A stretch of 64,000 nucleotides of DNA from the NCBI GenBank assembly GCA_051294375.1, contig CM119263.1, positions 14,462,414 to 14,526,413 of the forward strand. The letters are read 5' to 3'. This stretch comes from Paraspadella gotoi (Eukaryota; Animalia; Chaetognatha). A model generated the notes under the pieces. It was not told where the DNA came from, did not search any database, and saw nothing but the letters and a program-made list of their open reading frames with translations. The translations under genes and the position numbers were made by a program. Below are positions 55,220 through 64,000 of the stretch, one piece after another. Positions within the stretch are counted from its first letter, which is position 1; each line of letters opens with the position of its first letter.

Positions 55220-56861
55220 TTCAAATGGAATGGCAAGGAAAGGTAGGTTGAGGTAAGGTCAACTCATAACACAAAAACGAAACCTCAAAATATTCTTTCG
55301 CTCTCTCTTTCTATCTCTTTTTCCCCAGGAGCGGTTGAGAGTGAGAGGGGGGGAACGAAGCGGCAACGAAATTTGAAAAGGAGAGAGCATTAAGAAAATG
55401 TGGAAATTTCCGGGAAACGTGAGGAGTGCAAAGAGCTTCCGAGTTCGGCAACCGATCGTAATCGGAACAGAATTGAAATTTGAACGGAGCTTTTAAAAAA
55501 TAAATCTTGTTCAACGAACTTTGATTCAGACAAAGGTTATTGCCATATTCTACAGTTTAAACGATTCTGAAAGAACTAATGAAATGCGACGAACGACAAG
55601 AAGCCGGGTCGTACGCGACCAGTGAGGAGGAGTGCACGAAAGGGTCGTCTTAACACCGTAAACTCGAGACACCAAGAGCCGCAATCACACAGCTTCCGCA
55701 CGCAAACTATGAAAAGCTATGCGCCTGCAGGTCTGGGCGCATTTGCACGCGAGATTACAAGCGAGCGCGCGCGCGGTTAAGCGACCACATTCGTCGTCGA
55801 AGAAAACCGAGTTTTTGTTGTCTCTAAGGAGCTCTAAAATTCTTGCTGATGGGAAATCACAACGAGAACGAGAGGAAAGCGTTTTCTTCCACGTTGCCAC
55901 CCTCCTCCCTTTTCTCACTTTCCGATTCCGATTTCCTTTCCTTCCTCCTTCGAACTCTTTCATCCATCTAAACCTATAAGTCATAATCGAAAAAAAAAAC
56001 CTTTCCTTCACACCCCACACCTAATTTCCCCGCGTCCAAAAGCCAAAACGTTTCTTAGCGTCAATATCCATTTCAACCCGTCCCCTTCGATAAGTCCTCC
56101 CGAACGCAACACCTACGAAAGAGGGAGGGAAAAAAAATTTGTATCCGCCTCATCTTTGCTCAGGAAGGAGGAGGAAAAAAAAAGGGGGGAAAGAGAGAGA
56201 GAGGGGGGGGAAGGAATAAATTTGGTTAGAGATGACCGCGATGACGTCGGCGTACTTGTTCCCATGGAAATAATCATCGTCATAGCCGATGATGTGGATG
56301 ATGACGACAACCATCGTCTCTGAATTCTTTGGGAAAAGTAAAAATGCAAATGGCGAACCGTTGGTAGATCGACGTTTGCATAGCGACGTCGGCGTCATCG
56401 TGGAAGGCGTAGTCATCGTTATCATCTGTCGTCCTTGAGGGCTTCGTATATGAAACAAAAATTCTCTCGTTTGTTTTTTCTACTTATTATTAGACATTGC
56501 GTTGTAATCCTTTCTTTTTGTTAAAAAAAAAACTATTTTATCTTCTTTTTTTTTTAAACTAGATAGCCATTTTACTCGTTTTTTTCGAATCATTCTCTCT
56601 TTCTCTTATGCGTAGTTTTTTTTTTCTTAACTTATGTAACCCATCTTTATCTCAACGTTTGCCTCTCATATTCTTTTTGACCCTCTCTCACCTGCCAGCC
56701 TGCTCTTAATCTTCAGCCCCATCTCTTCGCAATCTTTACCTTTCTCCATTTTTTTTTATCTTGTTCTCCTTTTCTAATCAAGAAAAATAAAGAAAATCAA
56801 GGTTTTGAAAAAATATAAAATAAATAAAAGAGGGGGAAAGGAAGAAATTGACTCGGCTCCC

Positions 56862-56904
<43 letters not shown>

Positions 56905-59495
56905 CTTCTCTCTCTCCTATCTCTTTCTCTCAGGTGACCGAGACATTCCGACGACCGACTAGTAACAGTAGCCCGGGCAAGATTTTTTTTTCTCTTTAAT
57001 ATTTGATATTTTTCTCGCACGCAACAACAATGTCACTTTGCTAAGCTGATAACAACCAAAAAAAAAGTCATTTTTAAACTAGAAAAAAAAATTGGTACAA
57101 ATCGCGTTATAACTATCCCAATTTCAAACGAAAGTCAGCCCGTCGAAGGGACTGCTGTTATAATAAGCTCGAAAGTTTGCAGCCGGGCTACGATCAGACA
57201 CGGCGAGAACAGCTCTCTCTCTCTCTCGTGCTCTCCGAGCGCAGGAACAACTGTCACCCTGCCATCCCGAGAAGGCGTTGAAGAGACGGTTTTCCATTCT
57301 CCCTTCCTCCTTTCGTTTGTTTCTTACTCCCCTTTATCCTCTTATTCTAAATCTTTTTCCTTCTTTTTTTTTCTCCTTCGTTTCAAGATTCTATCTTATT
57401 ACATTCCCCCTTTCTTCTTTCTCTTTTTTTTTTTCCTTCATTTTTCTTCGATTCTATCCTTTAGAGGATTACTTTCTGAAGCGGAAGGAAACTGTGTCGA
57501 CTTCCAAAGAGGAAAAAAAAGATGGGTTAAGCGTAATTACGTACATACTATGTTACATTTTCTTTTTATTACGAGTAGTAGTTAACGTTTGGCGTGCAGA
57601 AGGAACGAAATTTTTTTTTGTAAAAAAAGATAAACTTTGCCGATATAATCTTTTCATTCCTTTAAAAATTAATCTTTCGAAATTTTGAAGGAATAAAATC
57701 GAGAAGCTTTCCGCCTTTACGCTTTGAGTTAAGGTCGTAGGTTCATCGCCTGCCTGTGTTTAACCTCTCATCTTTAGAATCATGAGAACCAGGAGTTTGC
57801 AAAGAACGCGAGAGGGAGTCTCGACTCTCGAGTCAATTATGAAAATAGCGAACAGATTGTTTAATATGACTAAAATAGAACTTTCATGTACCGTACATCC
57901 ACCCTGGGCACCAGGAAGTAATCTTCGTTGACTAACCAAATTTAAAGTTCCTAATGCATAACGATCAATTTATTTTTAGTATCGGCAGAGAAAAACTAGG
58001 TCAATAGAGCAAAATATCTGACAAATTAATACAACTTTATCTTCGATCTAAGCATAAAAAAGTAATTACAAAGACATAAAAATTACAAAACCTTAAAACG
58101 TTCATATACAAGAACAAACAGACCGACCGACCGAAAGAAAAACAAATTATCAAAGAGACCAAAACTCAAACGGCCGTTTTAATCGGTCGAGGCAAACTAC
58201 CTACGAAAAAAGTCCAACTGTTTCAATCAGCCTTGCTCTCTGAAAAGGGGCCAAACCCTTTCAGCCAAAACCTAAAAATGCCCGAACTCTTCGAGGCAAA
58301 CAACTGACTGATCTCCGTCTGATTCAAGACAACAAAAAACACACGCTTAATCTCGTCGAGAACAAAAAAGAGAATAGGGGAGACAACGAGAGAGACAGAG
58401 ACAAAAAAGTGACATAAGTGCTGATGCCACGAAGGTGCCCCTTTATATGACAGGCGCCAACGTCGAGGTTTTTTTCTTTTTTTCTCTCTCTTCTCGTACA
58501 TCATCTCTCCCATGACATCTCTCCTTCTTTCTGTTCTCCTCCCTCTCTCTCTCTCTCTTCTCTCTCTCTTTCTCGCACAGAGAGATTTCATTTTTTAACA
58601 TTCTATTCTTCGTCATTAATCCGAACGTCGACGTCTCGGTTCCTAAAAACAGAAAGTCTGGAAAAAACGTTTCCACATCCTTATACATACATATACAATA
58701 TCCATTGAAAAAAAAAGAAAGAAAGATCCCTTTGAGAAGTTATGGGCTGTAAATCTTCATAATCATGATCGGACGCGGAGATGAAAAAAGGGGCTCGTCC
58801 TTTCATCGGTTGGAGTAGACCTAAGTAACGGTTCGGACTCTTTCTCGAGGTCGAAGGAGGAGCGTCGCTTATAAAATAATCCTTACGGAAGGGAAAACCA
58901 AAATATTTATCCGAACGGAATCGTACCTACCACCCCGTGCCGTTCGGACGTTTTTTAAAGAATCTGGTTTAATCCAGCATTCTCGTTTTCCTAGATCCCC
59001 CTTTTTAAGGGAACTAAGACGAGCGACGATGCGAAAGGATAAGAAGGGGCGAGGTCGAAACACAGGGTACAACGAGGCTTCGCCCCCCGACGCGGCAGAA
59101 AAGAAGGCACGAATAGGTTTTTTTCGCTTTTTATTTATGGTGCGATGACGTGATGACCGAAGGGAAAAGTTAATGACCATAGGTTATGGGAAAAGAATAT
59201 ATTCTTTTGAAAAGTAAAAAAGAACCTTTTTTTTTTTCTTAATTGGTGTGCGTGCGTGCCTGCGCGCGGATAAGTGTTAAGTAACTGATATGCGAGAATA
59301 GTCAAGATTCAGAGGATCATTAAAATACAAAATGAACCTTAATTAGTTAATATTAGAAAAATTCGTTCTTGCCGATATTTAGATTAGTATTTTCGGCGGT
59401 AGAATCATTTTTCAAGGCAGCGCTAAGATGTCCCGCAAACAATAATTACACAAGAAAATTAAGAGAGAGATTAAGTTTTCATCAATGCCACCTAC

Positions 59496-60050
59496 TTGCT
59501 GCGTGGATGCCGCCAACTGTCTGAGTTTGTCCGGGAGTCCCAATTCCTTCACATTCTCTGTTTGAATGTAGAATATTTGGGGCGACACCTTAACTGCGCT
59601 GTTCGGCGTGGCGGCGGCGAAGCGTTTTGCGCCCATATTCAAGCCCTGCGCCGTTAATCTTCCGGGAGTGGCCAGTCTTACTTCGCCTCGAGTCGGCGTC
59701 GTCGCCGCCACTTCCAGTTTGATCGCTGGCGACTCCAACGCTTCTAGCTTCACTTCCGGTTGCGTTGTGACGACGTCGCAGTGAGACGCCACGTGCTGCG
59801 GGGCTAGATGGTGCTGTTGCGGCTGATGCTGCGAATGCGGCGGGATCTGATTGTTCACGGCAAATGTCAACAATTTGGCGGAGGACGCATCGAGGGTGAG
59901 GAGTGTGCCCCCCGTCGTCGACACCAAAGACGCCGTGGGAACGCCCTCCAACGAAATACCTCGCGTCAGAGTCACGCGACCCGGCGCGGCGACGTTCCCC
60001 GCGCCTGAAATGGCCACGTTGGCGCCAACGAGCGGCGCGATGCCCAGCAT
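59496..60050 (-). CDS. E2F3: Probable N-terminal (first coding) exon of the same E2F gene
   Basis: Only long, compositionally normal ORF in the window (185 codons from ATG 60050). Ends ...STQQ at a phase-0 donor CAA|gtaggt (59495), which joins VKRRLDL in frame. No recognisable domain, so linkage is inferred from strand and phase. An acceptor (cgtccag|, 60094) would alternatively let the exon begin at 60093. Confidence 0.65.
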
Positions 60051-60104
60051 CCCGGCAAGAGGCGGTTTCGACAGGTCGCTTGGTAGGAAATCACTGGACG
60101 AAAA

Positions 60105-60146
60105 TCAGGCGGAAAGAGGAAACGCTCCTTGCGTCGATGAAGACAT
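60105..60146 (-). other. Candidate uORF (MSSSTQGAFPLSA*) upstream of and in frame with the putative E2F ATG
   Basis: ATG 60146-60144, TGA 60107-60105, then 18 open codons to ATG 60050. Confidence 0.3.
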
Positions 60147-60724
60147 TCGAAGCCAAGGAAAGCGGAGGAGGTCACGTCCGGAAATGAGTCGTTGGCTCAG
60201 GCCGGAAATGCGGGACGATCACATGATACAGAATTGGGGGGAAAAAAAAACTCGATTTCCTCCCTGCCACGAGCGAGAGAGGCAGATCCGATGTTCCCTT
60301 TTGTTTTTACAACAACGAAAAAAAAAAATCAACAATTTCAAAGTTTTTTTTTACGAGCGAGGAGACGTAACACCTGCTGGCGTCAAACGCCCGCATCGAG
60401 CGAACCCAAATTTAAGTGGTGACATTGTTAAATCCGAGGCGAGTTTGTCAACGCTATTTTATTTTTTATTCGAAGGGGGTTCGTTTATTGTTTTACTTGC
60501 TTCAATTTATTGTTTAACGAAAGTTTACCAATGAGCGAGGAATATTTAATGTTGTTATTGTTTAAAAGTTTGAGATCAGATTGAAAATGAGAGGAAATGT
60601 CGAATCCATTAAATTTTCGGTTTTTTGTTTTAGTTGGAAGATTTTTTTTTTAATAAAACCAAATTATTTAAACAAACTCGTCAACCTGTTTTAAAAAATA
60701 ACTAAGAAAGTTATTATGGTAAAA

Positions 60725-60776
<52 letters not shown>

Positions 60777-61089
60777 CTATTTTTGACCATCGCATCATCG
60801 TTTGTTTCGCCATTCGAGGATGGTTTAAAAATTAATAATTAATAATAACAATAATAATTAATAATAATAATAATAACAATTTGTTTTTAAATCCGAAAAA
60901 TGAGAAAAAAATTTTTTATGGAGGGTAATCAAAAATTTGTATTAAATCCATTAGTTTGAAAAAAAAATGCGTTAGGAGTAATTTGTTAACACTACGATTT
61001 TATTCCTTCTTGGCATTTTCCCCACTATATTCCATTTGCTTTGCCGAAGTCTCTCCGGCTCGTCTGCTAGCGAAGTTGGCAGGAAGCGG

Positions 61090-61255
61090 GAGCGGAGAGG
61101 AGAGAGAGACCGACGAGATCTCGAAACAAGATTGAGAAGAGAGAGAGAGAGAGAGAGAGAAGAAGAGAGAGGGAGAGAGAGAGAGAGAGGAGAGAGAGAG
61201 AGGAGAGAGAGAGAGAGAATCGTCAGGCCAGTCGAAGCTGCCTCGCTCCTCCTAC

Positions 61256-61297
<42 letters not shown>

Positions 61298-61300
61298 AGC
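61090..61300 (+). repeat. Interrupted (GA)n tracts upstream of the TATA candidate
   Basis: Directly visible. Confidence 0.85.
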
Positions 61301-61323
61301 AGAGATCTGTTAGCCTGTTACCC

Positions 61324-61358
61324 TATAAAGACTGCCGCTGGCTGCTGCTTACTTCAGT
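61324..61358 (+). promoter_or_regulatory. Candidate core promoter (TATA + Inr) of a divergent plus-strand transcript
   Basis: TATAAAG at 61324 and TCAGT initiator with A at 61356 (TATA at -32), immediately after GAGA tracts. Confidence 0.45.
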
Positions 61359-63852
61359 GCGAAGTTCAAAACCACGAGTTTCCGTGGCTCATTGTTTGTG
61401 TCGCGCAGAGGGGGATCGAGAGAAGGAGAGAGCGAGCGAAAGAGAGGACGAAAAAAGAGGAGGAGATGTCACGAAAAATAACGGAAATCATGACGAGAAG
61501 GAAGAGCGGAGGTGACACGCTTTTTGTACGATGGGGACAGACAGAGAAGAGGAGACAAAGATGGAAAGGACGGACACAGAGAACAAAAGGAAAGAACAAT
61601 GAAAACGAAGGATCCTACACCATTGCTCTTGAGACCATCCTGAAACCAAAAGAAGTGTTACGCCTGTTGCATCAAATTATCTATAAGTCATCCATGGGAC
61701 AAGTCTGATTGTGTGCAGGTTACTTTATTTAGTATGTATGTCTCTTGATTTCAACTGTCTGTACCCATATCATACCCAAGTAACTTTAGATCATCAATTA
61801 ACTATATAAGATGTATTGTCATAAAATTTATGATAAATCTTTCGCCGTTTAAAAAAAAAACCATAAAATCATTTAATAAAAGCATTTAATAAATAAGCTA
61901 TCTTGTCAGATATGTAATCCTAAATTATGACTTCAAAAACGGAGCTTGCAAAACTTATATCTTTTAAAGACAAAATTTTTTTTGTTTCATTAGATTTTTT
62001 ACAACTTTAGTCGCTCATTTGAAATTCATATTGATCTGACAATGTAGAAGCAATAACTATTGAATGCCTCAAAACTCGTTAATAACTTTACATTCATAAA
62101 ACACTAAAAACTAATAAAACTATTATTATTTTTAATTCTCAACGAAAGAACTTCTTTAATAATTTTTTTGGCCGTCGTCGTACGCTTTTAAAAACTTAAG
62201 CCGTTTAACCATTTATGAGATACAGCCCCCGTTTTTCAGGGTCTCATTGCGTTTGACATTCGTTGGGAATAGAAAACGATTTTCAAATTTGAGGATGACC
62301 TTGTTCGCTGTTGCTAAATGGATTAGATGAATATTTTTTTTCTTTTTTTATTCCGTCGTTATTTACTTTACTTTTTTTTTTTCATTTTTCGTCACTTTTT
62401 TTCTCTCTTCTCTGCCTTCGTCTCAAAAAAGTCTCGCTCTTAAAGACTTCTTCAACTTCGAGTAAGTTTTTTTTTCAGCTTCTCGCCCGGGCAGCCCAAT
62501 ACCAAAAATCTCCTGCCCGACGTTAGATTTACTTTTTTTTTCTTTCTTTTTTTTTTATTTAAGGATAGGAAGGAAAACGTTCATAATCGTCACGGAAACC
62601 AAATCCTATTTTATCGAATCCGAATTAAATTTCGGTTCGAGAATGAAAATATGACGTGGTTTTACGAAGGTTTACGAAATAACAGGAACTTGCACGTACT
62701 AGCATCGAAAGTTTCATACAATGCTTGTTAAAATAATTCTGCGCAGATCATGACGAATTGACTATATATTCCGCGTTTTACCTTTTTTATCTCAATTTTT
62801 TTATCGGCTGTCGATTTCAAGACCGGCTTTCTCTCAAGATTCTCGACGGGAACTCCTTTCTCGAATGATCGTGCAGGGCGACGAGCAGAGAGAAGACTAC
62901 AGGGCGCTATGTTGTACGATGAGAAGGACGCTCCTGTTCCTTAGCGGTTGAGATCGGATCGAATCCCAGTATCAATTTTATCTTATAAAATAATAAAATA
63001 TGTGGTCCTTTGATAAATTAAAGTCAATTTACTATTTTTTTCGCCAAATTACTTTTTAATTTTTAATAATAGCAATCTATGTTTACTTATATACTTTCAT
63101 CATTAAACCAATTTTTAAATAGAAGTTGCATAACAAAAACAAACCTGAACATAAAAAAAATTGCAGATTCCTTGAGTCCACTGACAGTCTGACAGTGAGT
63201 CGCTTTAAAAAAGCTGACGCAAACAAACAATTTAACCTCATTTAAAAAACGTAAGGCGCCTTACGTCTTCAGAATAGCAACGAATTCTTATTTCAGGTGA
63301 CGCAAACAGAAACACGCCCAGTGACGCTGGGCTTGACAAAAGGTGACGCATACGGAATCGCGCCCGACCTCTGCCGGTTCATTTCGCAAACTAGTGGCTC
63401 CGCCTACGGAATATTAATGACGGCACGGTTTCGTTTCGAACACAGACGCTAGTCTTGGCGAGGGAAATACAGGCGACAGAATAGGCGTTCAAATATCGAG
63501 AGTACTTTGCTAGGTCGATGACCAGAAACCAAAACGTAGGTCTTCGCAAATGAAATATACATACAAGCAGAGCGTAACTAACTAATGCACTGTGGCACAA
63601 TTATTTACAGTCAAATGCCTAAAAACTAATTTTCGTATTGATACCAAGGTCGTCGCCACGCCCCATTCGAAAAAAAAAAAAAGACGGAGTCAATGAAGTC
63701 GAAAAATGATAATCAGTAGAAAACTTTTTGATTTATGAGTTGAGAATTTTCTCTTCGATGGATCTCGGTCGTCATCACCTTTTTTTTGGTAAGACATGAA
63801 TCTCTCAGTTCTTCGTCCTTCCTTTCTTACGATCCTCGCCTCGTCTTATGTT

Positions 63853-63853
63853 T

Positions 63854-63892
<39 letters not shown>

Positions 63893-63893
63893 C
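63853..63893 (+). repeat. (TTTC)n microsatellite
   Basis: Directly visible. Confidence 0.9.
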
Positions 63894-64000
63894 AATAGAA
63901 CGTCCTTCTCTCTCCTAATCTTCCCTCACCACTAACGAGATTCATTAAAAATATTATTTTATATATAAAATTAGTTTACATTTCTTTCCCTCGATCTCCA

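Noticed and set aside
59851-60534. 227-aa plus-strand ORF
   Set aside because: Antisense shadow of the GC-rich E2F exon with a non-ATG start and low-complexity tail.
62902-62973. tRNA or tRNA-derived SINE head (GGATCGAATCCC B-box-like)
   Set aside because: No acceptor stem or clear A-box; cloverleaf cannot be built.

Overview
AT-rich, microsatellite-laden eukaryotic (invertebrate-like) genomic DNA from a gapped draft assembly; almost all ORFs in the supplied track are spurious read-throughs of (GA)n/(CT)n tracts, N-gaps or low-complexity sequence. The real content is a spliced activator-class E2F gene (E2F1/2/3 family, most like E2F3) on the minus strand. Four exons (13030-12775, 12569-12478, 10593-10469, 865-695) join in frame through canonical GT-AG sites and encode the cyclin-binding KRRL motif, the winged-helix DNA-binding domain and the DP-dimerisation coiled coil. 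A probable N-terminal exon lies at 60050-59496, and the gene runs out of the window at the left. The 25 kb between two 25-N gaps (19886-44866) holds two tandem ~12.4 kb copies that re-duplicate 10094-19242 with dense homopolymer indels. This is most likely a long-read gap-filling artefact, not real exon duplication. Other features: a 92-bp minisatellite, a HINE/DINE-like element, an intronic E2F-site cluster, E-box/CRE clusters, candidate uORFs ahead of the E2F start, and a divergent TATA+Inr promoter candidate near 61.3 kb. I found no convincing new multi-gene system; the best leads are regulatory.
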